Below are positions 8,609 to 19,004 of a DNA stretch of 64,000 nt, piece after piece. This DNA comes from Candidatus Hydrogenedentota bacterium (lineage in GTDB: Bacteria; Hydrogenedentota; Hydrogenedentia; Hydrogenedentales; SLHB01). The DNA lies in the NCBI GenBank assembly GCA_045863335.1, contig BTVY01000005.1, forward strand, positions 68,718-132,717, written 5' to 3'. Position 1 is the stretch's first letter. Each line of letters begins with the position of its first letter. The position numbers were made by a program, and so were the translations under genes. Under the pieces are notes generated by a model. That model saw only the letters and a list, made by a program, of their open reading frames with translations. It was not told the origin of the DNA and did no database searches.

Positions 8609-9850
8609 ATGGTTCCAGTGAAATTCCTCGTCCTACTCGGCGACGGCATGGCTGATTTTCCTATCGCCGAACTCAACGGTCGCACCCCCCTCGAAGCGGC
8701 CAATACACCCGCCATGGACGAAGTCGCCCGCCTTGGCATCTGCGCACTCTTTGATCCGATTCCGGAAGACCTCCCCCCGGGGAGCGATGTGGGAAACTTA
8801 TCTGTCTTCGGCTACGATCCCAAGACCACGTATACGGGACGGGCACCGCTGGAAGCCGCCCGCCAGGGAATTCAGTTGGGCCCGCACGACGTGGCCTTCC
8901 GGTGCAATCTTGTGACGCTTCAAGACGGTGTCATGAAAAGCTTTACCGCAGGACATATCTCTTCCGAAGAAGGAGCGGAGCTGATCGCGGCATTGGGTGC
9001 CGCATATGTTAACGCTCCTGTCCAATTCAGTCCGGGCGTTGGCTACCGTCATTTGGCAATCGTGCAGGCCGGTGAGATTTGCCTGGATGATCTGTCAGAC
9101 GTCGTCTGCACGCCTCCTCATAACATCTCGGATCGGCAGTTCGCGCCCCATTTACCGGACGGTACCGCTGGTCCTTTTTTGTGGACGCTGATGGAGCAGT
9201 CGCACCGCGTTCTTGCCGATCACCCCGTCAACAAAGCCCGCATTGCGGCCGGTAAACCGCCCGCGACCAGCATCTGGCTTTGGGGCCAAGGCCGGTCGCC
9301 CCGGATGGAGCCGTTCTACGAACGCTTTGGGATTCGCGGCGCCGTCGTCTCCGCTGTCGATCTAGTTAACGGCATTGGTATCTGTGCGGGCATGGAGGCG
9401 CTGGACGTGCCGGGCGCCACCGGCTATCTCGACACCAACTATGCCGGCAAGGTCGAGGCCGCCCTCGGGGCGCTCGAACGGGTGGACTTTGCGTATCTCC
9501 ACGTGGAAGCGCCAGACGAGACCGCTCACGAAGGACGGCTCGACCTGAAGATTCAGGCCATCGAGGATTTCGATCAAAAGGTCGTAGCGCCGTGCCTCGC
9601 GTACGCGAAAGAGCGGGGCGACGTGCGAATCCTCGTGGCCCCCGATCACATCACGGCCCTATCTACGAAAACCCACGCAGGTGGTTCCGTGCCCTTCGCG
9701 CTTTGCGGCCCCGGAATCGTGCCGGACGCGGCGGTCGCCTACAGTGAAACCGACGCGCGCACGTCCGGCCTGCTCTTCCCACGAGGCCACGAACTGGTTC
9801 CCTTTATGATACAATCGGCCCGGGTGGAAGTGGGCGCCAATCCCAAATAA
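8609..9850 (+). CDS. apgM: Cofactor-independent phosphoglycerate mutase, archaeal-type
   Basis: LGDGMAD...GRTPLEAANTPAMD, PGSDVGNLSVFGYDP, GRAPLEA, HVEAPDE..HEG, PDH.T. Start ATG 8609 or GTG 8618. Confidence 0.9.
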   Translation: MVPVKFLVLLGDGMADFPIAELNGRTPLEAANTPAMDEVARLGICALFDPIPEDLPPGSDVGNLSVFGYDPKTTYTGRAPLEAARQGIQLGPHDVAFRCNLVTLQDGVMKSFTAGHISSEEGAELIAALGAAYVNAPVQFSPGVGYRHLAIVQAGEICLDDLSDVVCTPPHNISDRQFAPHLPDGTAGPFLWTLMEQSHRVLADHPVNKARIAAGKPPATSIWLWGQGRSPRMEPFYERFGIRGAVVSAVDLVNGIGICAGMEALDVPGATGYLDTNYAGKVEAALGALERVDFAYLHVEAPDETAHEGRLDLKIQAIEDFDQKVVAPCLAYAKERGDVRILVAPDHITALSTKTHAGGSVPFALCGPGIVPDAAVAYSETDARTSGLLFPRGHELVPFMIQSARVEVGANPK

Positions 9851-9904
9851 CGAGTACTTTGCCCGGCGCCTGGAAAATTGAAAAATCGGGACAGGGGAAC
9901 ATTG

Positions 9905-10028
9905 GGGACAGTCACCATTTTCCTTTTCAGTCTCTGAATAAATGGGCAAGCGCTGAGTAGGAAAATGGTGACTGTCCCTATTCTTCCGCTATTTTTCCGA
10001 GAAGGGAAATGGTAACGGTCTCCATTTT
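9905..10028. repeat. REP-like inverted repeat (GGGACAGTCACCATTTTCCT)
   Basis: Perfect 20-bp arms at 9905-9924 and 9959-9978; degenerate third unit at about 10005-10028. Confidence 0.8.
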
Positions 10029-10112
10029 TTCTACCGTCCGGGACCTCTCCCCCGGCTGCCGGATGTGCATATACCCGCGGAAGAAAAACGGCAAGACAGG
10101 AGAATTGCACCC

Positions 10113-11699
10113 GTGTCGACAAGAATAGAAATCTATGACACAACGCTCCGCGACGGCGCCCAAGGCCGTCTCGTGAAGTTTTCCGCCGAGGATCAGATCC
10201 GCGTCGTGAAGGCGCTGGACGACTTTGGCATTTCCTTCATTGAAGGCGGTCAGCCGGCATCCAACCCCAAGGCGGCTGAACTCTTCGCACGGACCCGCGA
10301 CATGGATTTGAAGAACGCGAAGATGGCGGCCTTTGGCAGCACTCGCCATCCCAAGTCGGCCGTCGAGGATGACGCCAACCTCAAGGCCCTGCTCGATGCG
10401 GGCACGGAAGTCGTCACCATCTTCGCCAAGTCCTCCCCCACCCACGCGAAGCACATCCTGCGCGTGGCGCTCGAGGAGAACGTGATCCTTACGGCGGAGT
10501 CCGTGGCCTACCTGAAGAGTCAGGGCAAACGCGTGATCCTGGATGCGGAACACTTTTTCGACGGCTTCTGTGAAGACGACGAGTACGCCTTGTCCGTACT
10601 TGAAGCAGCGTTTCGCGCCGGCGCGGAAACCCTGGTGCTATGCGATACCAACGGCGGACGTCTGCCCTCGGAAATCGCGCGCATCACGCGGACCGTCCGC
10701 GAGCGCCTCCCCGAGGCCCCTATCGGCATTCACACCCACAACGATGGCGGGTGCGCCGTTGCGAACACCCTGGCTGCGGTCGAAGAAGGCGCGGTCCACG
10801 TGCAAGGCACGATCAATGGCTACGGTGAGCGCACGGGGAACGCCAACCTGTGCACGATCATTCCCGCGCTGCAATTGAAATTGGCGCTCCCCGTCGTATC
10901 GCCCACCCAACTTGAAGGGCTGACGACGCTGTCCCACCTGGTGGCGGAGCTGGCAAACATGATTCCCCGGGATTCCGATCCCTACGTGGGCCGCGACTCC
11001 TTCACCCACAAGGGTGGCATGCACGCGGACGCCGTAAAGAAACTCAAGACGAGCTACGAGCACATCCCACCCGAATTGGTAGGCAACCGCACGCACATCT
11101 CCGTCAGCGAAGTATCGGGCCGCTCCAGTCTCCTCCAGAAGGCGGCCGACTTTGGCATTGAGTTGGATCGCGATGCGCCCGAAACCAAGGCTGTGCTCGA
11201 CCGGGTAAAGGAACTCGAGAACCAGGGGTATGAATTTGAAGGAGCGGATGCATCGCTGGAACTACTCATTCTGCGCGCCAAAGGCCAGCACCGATCGTTC
11301 TTCAAGCTCCATGGACTCCGCGTGGCGGTGGAGCGCCGTAACGGCGAAACCGAGGGGGTATCGGAGGCAACCGTAAAGATCGAATTGCCCGGCGGCGAAA
11401 TGATGCATACGGTAGGCGAAGGGGCCGGTCCCGTTGACGCCCTCAACAACGCCCTGCGAAAGGCCCTGGAAGGAACCTACCCCGAACTGCGCGAAGTTCA
11501 TCTTGAGGACTACAAGGTCCGCATCCTCGACGCGCGGGCCGCAACCAAGGCGAAGACCCGCGTCCTCATCGAATCCTCCGACGGCCAGGCGGAATGGGAT
11601 ACGGTCGGAGTTTCGGAGAACATCATCATCGCGTCCTACCAGGCGCTGGTCGACAGCATCGAGTACAAGTTGCATCGATCGCGCGGCCACGAAGGGTAG
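10113..11699 (+). CDS. cimA: Citramalate synthase (LeuA/CimA family)
   Basis: YDTTLRDGAQ, DAEHFFDG, LCDTNGG, HTHNDGG, GTINGYGERTGNAN, HKGGMH, C-terminal regulatory domain. GTG start after GGAG. Confidence 0.92.
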   Translation: MSTRIEIYDTTLRDGAQGRLVKFSAEDQIRVVKALDDFGISFIEGGQPASNPKAAELFARTRDMDLKNAKMAAFGSTRHPKSAVEDDANLKALLDAGTEVVTIFAKSSPTHAKHILRVALEENVILTAESVAYLKSQGKRVILDAEHFFDGFCEDDEYALSVLEAAFRAGAETLVLCDTNGGRLPSEIARITRTVRERLPEAPIGIHTHNDGGCAVANTLAAVEEGAVHVQGTINGYGERTGNANLCTIIPALQLKLALPVVSPTQLEGLTTLSHLVAELANMIPRDSDPYVGRDSFTHKGGMHADAVKKLKTSYEHIPPELVGNRTHISVSEVSGRSSLLQKAADFGIELDRDAPETKAVLDRVKELENQGYEFEGADASLELLILRAKGQHRSFFKLHGLRVAVERRNGETEGVSEATVKIELPGGEMMHTVGEGAGPVDALNNALRKALEGTYPELREVHLEDYKVRILDARAATKAKTRVLIESSDGQAEWDTVGVSENIIIASYQALVDSIEYKLHRSRGHEG

Positions 11700-11745
11700 T
11701 CCGCCCAACGCATCTGGTGCCACTCCGCAAACGCGAAACAGAAAG

Positions 11746-11777
11746 AGGGCGGGCCCGCTACAAGAACGGCCCCGCCC
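11746..11777 (-). terminator. Intrinsic terminator between the convergent cimA and secreted-protein genes
   Basis: AGGGCGGGCC-N12-GGCCCGCCCT hairpin, followed on the minus strand by CTTTCTGTTT. Confidence 0.65.
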
Positions 11778-11824
11778 TTAACCAACTACCAGGCTCACTT
11801 GCGCGAGCCGACAGTTCCAATCGA

Positions 11825-12274
11825 TTACTGTGCCGGGAACAACGCGAAGGCGTAGGAACTACCCGTCGACGAGAAGATTGCGACACGACCGCTCGGATCC
11901 ACCGAGTCGGTGTAGAGAATCGTGGCCGAAGCCGCGAAGTTACCTGTCGTGTTCGGAATCGCACCGCCAGCACCTTCGTTCGGGTCCGTGGTACTCACCG
12001 GACGCCAACCCCGTGCAGCGTTTCCACCAATCGTAAACGTATTTTCGGTCGGCGTAATGTCCGCACCGGTCAAACGATAGTACAGAATGGTGTACGTCTG
12101 CGTCACGCTCGTGTTGTTCTTCAACGTGATGAACGTCGCGCTGTCGCTAGGCGGGAAAAGGTTCGCATCGGTATCGCCACCGCCGTCATTAAATGACGGC
12201 ACGGAGATCGTTCCCGCGAACGCCGTAACCGCACCCAACACAAGAATCGAGAACACAAATGTTGCTTTTTTCAT
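11825..12274 (-). CDS. Small secreted Thr/Ser/Gly-rich protein of unknown function
   Basis: Very strong RBS (GGAAGGAGGTGA), Sec signal MKKATFVFSILVLGAVTAFA, beta-rich mature part. Confidence 0.8.
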   Translation of the reverse strand: MKKATFVFSILVLGAVTAFAGTISVPSFNDGGGDTDANLFPPSDSATFITLKNNTSVTQTYTILYYRLTGADITPTENTFTIGGNAARGWRPVSTTDPNEGAGGAIPNTTGNFAASATILYTDSVDPSGRVAIFSSTGSSYAFALFPAQ

Positions 12275-12602
12275 TCTTTCACCTCCTTCCCTCAGAAAAC
12301 TGCATACCAGACCTTTAGGGCAAATCCCATCATGGGTATTGCAGGCGATTAAGAAAAGTCTAACCCCCTATTGTTCGCGCGGTGTTCGCTTCCGCAATAG
12401 AAGTTCGCGCACCGAATCCGCTGCTACGGACCATTTCCCGCGCATCGGCCCCGAACCCGGCGAGGCCATTAATAAGCACTATAGCACTCGTCGACTAGGC
12501 TGTCAACAGGCTTCAGGCCCGAGCGACCCCTGAAGTTCCAGGACCCCGGGGAAGACTCACTCCGTCGCCGATTCAACTTACCGCGTCCCGTACAACAAGG
12601 AG

Positions 12603-12659
12603 AGCATGGACCGTGCCAACAGCGCAAAGTCACGTAAACATCTGAAAATCAACACCTTA
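12603..12659 (-). promoter_or_regulatory. Putative sigma54 promoter with IHF site
   Basis: Minus strand TGGCAC-GGTCC-ATGCT (12618-12603); AATCAACACCTTA (12647-12659) matches the IHF consensus WATCAANNNNTTR; TGTC...GAC dyads further upstream (~12695-12740). Confidence 0.6.
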
Positions 12660-12764
12660 TTCTTTGTAAAGAATCAATCAACATCGCACTATCTCGACAT
12701 TTTTTTGTCGTAACCGACGGGCTTTGTCAGGCATTCGGCAGCGCACACAACCCCAGCCAAACGA

Positions 12765-14216
12765 TTACGCCACCGCCGCGCCACCTGTCTCGACCGGCGC
12801 AAGGCCCGATTCCGTAATCAGGGCTGATTCCTGGTAATCGTCGTAGTCCGTATTGATCGCCCAGAGATCGTGTTCGGTGGACTTCACAATGTTCTCGGCC
12901 GCCATCGATCCCATTAGAATACTATGGTCCTGGTTGTTGTACTTGAAGGCGCCGTAGCGGCCGATCGCGCAAAGGCCATCAATACTGCGCAGATAGTCGC
13001 GGACCGGCGCCAGGGCCTCTCTATACCCCCGGTTGTACACCGGGTAGCAGCGCCGAATCTTGTGGACATACCCATCCAGGATCGGTGCGTCTTGAATCAA
13101 TCCGGTGCTCCGCAATTCCCGTTCCCCCATCCGGATCAACGATTCCGAATCCTCCTTCCACATCGGATCGTCGTCATTTGCCCAATACTCCAGCGCGAGA
13201 ATGCTCCCTGCTGCGTCCCCATAGAGCGATGGGACCCAATTGCGAAAGTTGGTAACGCGACCCATTCGCAAGTCGGCGGAATGAATGTACAACCATTGAT
13301 CCGGAAAAAGCCCGTCCTCGGCCACGTGCAGATACACCAGGATCGTATTGCGAAACCGCAGGCATTGAGCTGCCTCCCGGACCGCGTCCGGAACTTCAGG
13401 TAACCGGGTGACCAGCAAACTGATCGGCATGGAAGAAATGATGTAATCGAAGCACCGCTCGGTGCCGTCTTCCAACTCCAGTGCACAGGCCCGGCCCTCG
13501 CGGGTCACCACTCTCCGGACCGGCGTTTCCAGGTGTATTGTTCCGCCCGCCTCGCGGACTCGATCCGCCATTCGTTCGTAGATCATGCCTGTACCGTGCA
13601 ACGGATAGGCAAACTCGTCGACTAAGGTTCGATGACGCTGCCCGGATTGGCCGACGCGGAGCGCGTTCTTGATCGCCTCCATAAGATCGAGACGCTTGAT
13701 TCGCTGCGCCGCGAAGTCCGAGTCAAGTTCCGAACAGAGAATACCCCAGAGCTTTTCACTATACGTGCGGAAGAAAATCTCATAAAGTCTTCTACCAAAC
13801 CTACTTACAACCCACGCCTCAAACGTTTCATAGGGCGGGCTTGACGACGGGGAGCATCGCTCTCGAAGATAGCTCGATACACATCGCAGCGCTTCGACCG
13901 GCCCCAACTGGGTCAAGGCGTTGCCCGGCTGAAGGGGGTAGTGGAAAAACCTCCCGTCGTAATAAATGCGTGTCGTGCGCTTCACCATCGCATAGTCGGA
14001 TCCAGCGACGTCCAACCACAACTCGTTGACTCTGCGCACCTTACTGAAAAATCGGTGTGGACCGAGATCGACCGTCTGCCCCCAGAGCGGAAACGAACGC
14101 GCCAAGCCCCCCATGGAACCCGAAGCCTCGAACAGCTCCACGTCCACACCCTGGCGAGCCAGCTCGAACGCGGCAGTGGCACCTGCCGGCCCTCCGCCAA
14201 TTACACCAACGACCAT
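12765..14216 (-). CDS. FAD-dependent oxidoreductase (protoporphyrinogen-oxidase-like, glycan-cluster associated)
   Basis: MVVGVIGGGPAG, GGLARS, DLGPHRFFSK, YSEKLWG, GRYGAFKYNNQDHS. Start moved to ATG 14216. Confidence 0.85.
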   Translation of the reverse strand: MVVGVIGGGPAGATAAFELARQGVDVELFEASGSMGGLARSFPLWGQTVDLGPHRFFSKVRRVNELWLDVAGSDYAMVKRTTRIYYDGRFFHYPLQPGNALTQLGPVEALRCVSSYLRERCSPSSSPPYETFEAWVVSRFGRRLYEIFFRTYSEKLWGILCSELDSDFAAQRIKRLDLMEAIKNALRVGQSGQRHRTLVDEFAYPLHGTGMIYERMADRVREAGGTIHLETPVRRVVTREGRACALELEDGTERCFDYIISSMPISLLVTRLPEVPDAVREAAQCLRFRNTILVYLHVAEDGLFPDQWLYIHSADLRMGRVTNFRNWVPSLYGDAAGSILALEYWANDDDPMWKEDSESLIRMGERELRSTGLIQDAPILDGYVHKIRRCYPVYNRGYREALAPVRDYLRSIDGLCAIGRYGAFKYNNQDHSILMGSMAAENIVKSTEHDLWAINTDYDDYQESALITESGLAPVETGGAAVA

Positions 14217-14749
14217 CTCCCCTCCCAGCCACACACGGCCCCAACCAGTGTTCAGTTTATACGCGGTAGAATCCTGCAAACGAGAAGCGTAGCAAACACC
14301 CGCTGGAGCATCAACAGCACCACCGCGCCACCGCATGGCGCCGGCGGAAACCAAGCTCGAACTCCGTGGCGCGCCGTCCTGGTTATCCCGGGGGCATCTC
14401 CCAGCGCCTCTTAGGCCGAGTGAAGACGATCTTCCGATAAAGTGATTGCGGCCCGGGATACTCGGGCAACCGTCGTATTGACAAGTGCATCATCCACGAA
14501 CTACACAAGACGGCAAAGAACGGGCCTGGCGGCGGCAAGATAGCGGCACTGCGGATACCGCGACCCGATGCGCGTGTCGACACTCTATAAAGGATTGAAC
14601 GTGATACACCCCGGGGGGCAAAAAAACCAATCAACGAACGGACCAGACCCAAGGCGGCCCGGACCCCGCAACACCGCGCGCTGCGGAACCTGTCATCCAT
14701 CGTCTTCCCCACCATACAGGGCCAGGCGAGACATCCCGCCATTGAAGAG

Positions 14750-17308
14750 TTGCCCGCTGTGAACGATGAACCCACCAGAACCGCCTGTATCGGCGCATCC
14801 ACGTCGTGCGGCGCGCTATGTCTGGCCGGAATCACAGCACTCGGCGCCTTGCTTCGGCTGATCGCGCTGGGTCACTACAGCATTTGGTATGACGAGGGCG
14901 CCACCTTGTACGCGGCTACACTGGTCGACCAGCCGTCGCGCCTCCTTGACCCCGACTGGTGTACCGATCCACCACTGCTCCCCTTGCTCACGCGCCTTTG
15001 GTGGGATCTGGTAGCTACCCTCGGCGGCTATCACCCCCTCACGGAACAGGCGGATTTCGTTCTACGCTTGCTGCCATGTATGTTCAGCATCGCGACAATT
15101 CCCCTTGCGTACCTGCTTGCACGCGAAGTTATCGGGAAGCCGGCGCCGGCGCTAGTCGCCGCATTGCTAATCGCCGTGTCACCTTTCCAAATATATTACG
15201 CGCAAGAACTCAAACCATACTCCTCGCTTACCGCATTCGGAATCTGCGTTGTGTTTTTCTTCCTGCGCGCGTTGCAGCGCGATCGTCCCGGCGCATGGGT
15301 CGCCATGACGATCTTCATGATCTTGTCCATGTACAATCACTTCTACTCCGTCTGGACGATCTTCGCCTGCAACGTGGCGTTCGTCCTTGTCGCGCCACGC
15401 CGGCTGACTGTCTATACAAAGTGGTTTGTCTGCCAATCGGCCGTCATTGTTTTTTCTTGGCCCGCCATACGCCAGGGACTCACGATCAATCGCATCACCG
15501 AAGAGGTCGATGTCAGTTGGTACCCGCCGCTTACCACGGACGTTGTTTTGATCACCTTCAAGAATTTCTTTGCAGGGTACACACCTGGTTTACTGATTCC
15601 CGCGACACTCGGGATAATGGCGGCGATCTTCGTCGTTTCCGGCATCTGGTCCCTTCGCGGTCGCTACCAGGAGTGGATGGCGACTTGCGTTATCGCCATC
15701 CTGCCCGTGGTTGGCAACTTGATTGTCTGGCAGACACGCGAATTCTCCTACTACCAGCACCGTCTATTCATCCTCTCGGCCATACTCCTGAGCATTCTTG
15801 CGGCCGCCGGAATTGCCGCCGTCACGATCCGTAACTTACGCGTCGCCGCACTGTCCGGCACATTGATACTCACCGCTCTATGTGCGCCGGATTACTACGC
15901 ACAACGCCTCCATCCTTCCGAACAACATCGACTCGGCGTCCGGTACAAGGTGGACAACCGCGGAGTCGCAAAACTGATCCGATCGGAATGGAAACCGGGC
16001 GACGCCGTCGCGCATTTCAGTCATTTTTCCCTGCTCCCCATGCGATACTGGTATCTGCCCGACCTACCACAATTCACCGTCGGTTTCACGGAACAGGATA
16101 CGCTGGACATGATCCATAGCTTTCCTCTTCGTGAATTATGGGATCACGTTGGAGCGTTGCCCCGACGCGTCGATACCATCGCAAGTGAAGCGCAACGCAT
16201 CTGGCTGGTGGAATCCTGGTGGGAACCGGACAACCTCTTTCCCACTGCCCGGCTCTATCGCGCCTGGCTCGACCTGCATGCGATCCGCGTCGCCCAGTTT
16301 CCGTTGGACGGCGTCACGCTGTACCTGTACGAGCTCCAACCCGTAACCCATCGCCACGCGCGCGCTCTGCAAGTCGCCGACGCGGGAGACGTCACCGCGC
16401 CCTACTACCTGCGTTTCACGCCACGTCCCGCGCCCCTCACCGGACCCGCGTGGATCGAAAACTTCCAACAAACCATTCAGACGATGCCAACCGATTCGCG
16501 CGCCGACTTTCCCATCCTTTCCGCCGGAAGCGGCATACGTACCACGGGCGCAGGTTCCCCGGGAGTGCGTCTACGCTGCCTCACAGGTCCCGAAGATGGC
16601 GGCGACGGAAGCGCCATTCGTATGGCCGTACTGGCCTCTCACCAAACGATCGTTCCGCTTCAATTCAATCGGGAATCTCCCGATTCCGACGACTGGAGGC
16701 CTGTACGCCATGAAAATCCCAGCTTTCAGGGCGATATTGATGAGTATGTCTACGCGGCCTCACTGACTCCGGATCAACCGAAAACGACGGCGTTAACCGC
16801 AATCGCACCACTGGAGCCCGGCCGGTATGTCGCATACGCGCGGATCTGGCAGGAAACCGGCCCCGCCAACGCAAGCAGGGCTCGGGTACGGTTCGCCCTG
16901 GCAACTTCGAGCGAGGCGGCGTCCGATGGCGCGCAACTGCGGTTGCTGGAATGGAACGTCGTCCCCTTCTCACCATCCGGACAAAGCGGCTGGGCCTGGT
17001 TTCGACTGGGGACCTTTGTGCAAACGGGCGCTGAACCCGTGACTGTACGCGTGGATGCCCACAACTCTGCGGGTCTCCCCCAAGCCTTCGCCGACATTGG
17101 ACGCGTTTGTTTTGTACCCGACACCGTCGATCCGGATATGTACGGTTACGGCGAGACTGTGTGGAGCCCCTTGTCAACCGATGACCACGGCGCACTCCTT
17201 CTGGCCCCGCCGGATACAATCGACAAGAGCGTTCGGACGGACGTCATCCTCTACGACACGAAACACAACCGCTATCGAAGCGTCGCGTTTTACACGGATC
17301 ACCCGTAA
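14750..17308 (+). CDS. GT-C fold glycosyltransferase (GT39/PMT_2-like) with C-terminal soluble domain
   Basis: LRLIALGHYSIWYDE, DPPL, LRLLP, SPFQIYYAQELKPYS; about 11 TMs followed by a periplasmic beta-rich region. Confidence 0.82.
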   Translation: MPAVNDEPTRTACIGASTSCGALCLAGITALGALLRLIALGHYSIWYDEGATLYAATLVDQPSRLLDPDWCTDPPLLPLLTRLWWDLVATLGGYHPLTEQADFVLRLLPCMFSIATIPLAYLLAREVIGKPAPALVAALLIAVSPFQIYYAQELKPYSSLTAFGICVVFFFLRALQRDRPGAWVAMTIFMILSMYNHFYSVWTIFACNVAFVLVAPRRLTVYTKWFVCQSAVIVFSWPAIRQGLTINRITEEVDVSWYPPLTTDVVLITFKNFFAGYTPGLLIPATLGIMAAIFVVSGIWSLRGRYQEWMATCVIAILPVVGNLIVWQTREFSYYQHRLFILSAILLSILAAAGIAAVTIRNLRVAALSGTLILTALCAPDYYAQRLHPSEQHRLGVRYKVDNRGVAKLIRSEWKPGDAVAHFSHFSLLPMRYWYLPDLPQFTVGFTEQDTLDMIHSFPLRELWDHVGALPRRVDTIASEAQRIWLVESWWEPDNLFPTARLYRAWLDLHAIRVAQFPLDGVTLYLYELQPVTHRHARALQVADAGDVTAPYYLRFTPRPAPLTGPAWIENFQQTIQTMPTDSRADFPILSAGSGIRTTGAGSPGVRLRCLTGPEDGGDGSAIRMAVLASHQTIVPLQFNRESPDSDDWRPVRHENPSFQGDIDEYVYAASLTPDQPKTTALTAIAPLEPGRYVAYARIWQETGPANASRARVRFALATSSEAASDGAQLRLLEWNVVPFSPSGQSGWAWFRLGTFVQTGAEPVTVRVDAHNSAGLPQAFADIGRVCFVPDTVDPDMYGYGETVWSPLSTDDHGALLLAPPDTIDKSVRTDVILYDTKHNRYRSVAFYTDHP

Positions 17309-17309
17309 C

Positions 17310-18764
17310 CTATCGTATATACCCGATGTTCTCGATGGCTTCCCGTGTGCCATCATCCACACGCGTCTTTTCCGACGGCCTTCCGTACTGCGGATGGCTC
17401 TGCATGGTCTTCATGTGCGCCGCCAAGACTTCCTGTAACGCGGTCCCGGCCGCGGAATCGGACTGCGGATTGGTTTCTTCGGGATCGCCTGTCAGATCGA
17501 AGTAGGCGGCGCTCTCCGTCTTGCGGTTCACAATGAGCTTCTCGTTTTCGACCACCACGGCAGCCAGATCCACGTTCGAGCCCGGAATCGACATCCGCGT
17601 GGAACTGAACGCAGGCTTCGTCTCGCCAACATCGACCGCTTCAGGCGTCATGCCCTTACCCTGCCACGTCTCCCTCGGTGCAAGACCAAGCAATGCAGAG
17701 CAGGTGGGAAGCAGGTCGACGAGTTCGACGGGATTCTCGATTGTCCGTGCGGACGCTCCGGGAACGCTGATAATCAACGGAACGTGGGTCAGTTCTTCGA
17801 AGACGGTTTTCCCGTGGCCGATCGATCCATGCTCCCACAATTCCTCGCCGTGGTCCGACGTAAAGATGACGATCGTATCGGGGTACCGGGTTCGCACCGA
17901 CTCGATCAATCGCGCCACCTCGGCGTCGAGAAACAACGCCTCTTCATCGTACCGCTGTCGAATATAGGCCTCCCCCTGGGAGGATAGATTCCCGAACTCC
18001 CGTTCCTGTGTGAGGCCCGTCTCGAAGAGAACCCGGTCCAAGTACGTATTCGGATAATCGTTCAAGAGCGCCGCGTCGTCCGGTGTAATCTCCGGCGGCG
18101 CACCGAACGAGTCGCGGTACGGTTCGACCGGCTCGTACGGGGCGTGGGTATCCATGTAATGGGCGTAAAGCAGAAACGGCGGTCGTAAACCGTCCAATGC
18201 ATTAATGGCCCGGTCGGTCATGTCGTTCCCGCGATACTCGGGATAGGCGAGGAACTCGTACGAGTCGAACCCCTGATCGAAACCAAAAACGGCGGTAATA
18301 TTCGCGTTGGATTGCACGCCTGCCGAGCTGTAGCCGTGGGCTTTCAGGTACTCGGCCATCGTTTCCATTTCCCCTGGCAAGATATCCGCTTCCGGCGGTT
18401 GACCCTCGAAGGCGGTATCGTGAATGCCGAACAGTACATTGTGTACCTCAGGATATAGCGACGTGAACATGGTGGCCATCGAGGGCTTCGTCCACGTGGC
18501 TTGAACGCGCGCCCGTCGATAGTTCCACGACTCCGAGGCGAGTTGCTGCATTTGGGGCATTACGGGTTTGCCATTGCGGGTGGCGGCAACGCGGTCGGCG
18601 CGGAGCGCGTCCGCAACGATAAACAAGATGTTGGGCTCCGACGGCGCCCTTTCATCGGGTGGAGGCGCAGCGGCCTGGGGCCCACAACCGGCCAGCGCGC
18701 CGCCCAACCCAACGACGCACATAAAAACGAATCGACGGCCTCTGACCATGTACAAACCTCCCAC
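17310..18764 (-). CDS. Sulfatase-like (alkaline phosphatase superfamily) lipoprotein
   Basis: LAGC lipobox, PNILFIVADALRAD, WTKPSMATMFTS, HYMDTHAPY, FTSDHGE, GHG. Confidence 0.85.
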   Translation of the reverse strand: MGGLYMVRGRRFVFMCVVGLGGALAGCGPQAAAPPPDERAPSEPNILFIVADALRADRVAATRNGKPVMPQMQQLASESWNYRRARVQATWTKPSMATMFTSLYPEVHNVLFGIHDTAFEGQPPEADILPGEMETMAEYLKAHGYSSAGVQSNANITAVFGFDQGFDSYEFLAYPEYRGNDMTDRAINALDGLRPPFLLYAHYMDTHAPYEPVEPYRDSFGAPPEITPDDAALLNDYPNTYLDRVLFETGLTQEREFGNLSSQGEAYIRQRYDEEALFLDAEVARLIESVRTRYPDTIVIFTSDHGEELWEHGSIGHGKTVFEELTHVPLIISVPGASARTIENPVELVDLLPTCSALLGLAPRETWQGKGMTPEAVDVGETKPAFSSTRMSIPGSNVDLAAVVVENEKLIVNRKTESAAYFDLTGDPEETNPQSDSAAGTALQEVLAAHMKTMQSHPQYGRPSEKTRVDDGTREAIENIGYIR

Positions 18765-19004
18765 TGACTCGCGAACAACGAGAATACTACGGGGCGCCTG
18801 CTCCGCGCATCAACTTACAATGGTTCGTTGCCCGCCGCGTCAATGTGCGCCGCTACTGCGCAAGACCGCGCAAGCCCTGTTGAAAGACCCAAAGGGGAAC
18901 TCTATACTCAGACACGCGGCACCCCGGAACTCTATTGCAGGTCCCGCGCGACGTGTACGACACGCGTCGATTCGCATGGACCATCAGGATCATACACTCA
19001 GCAC

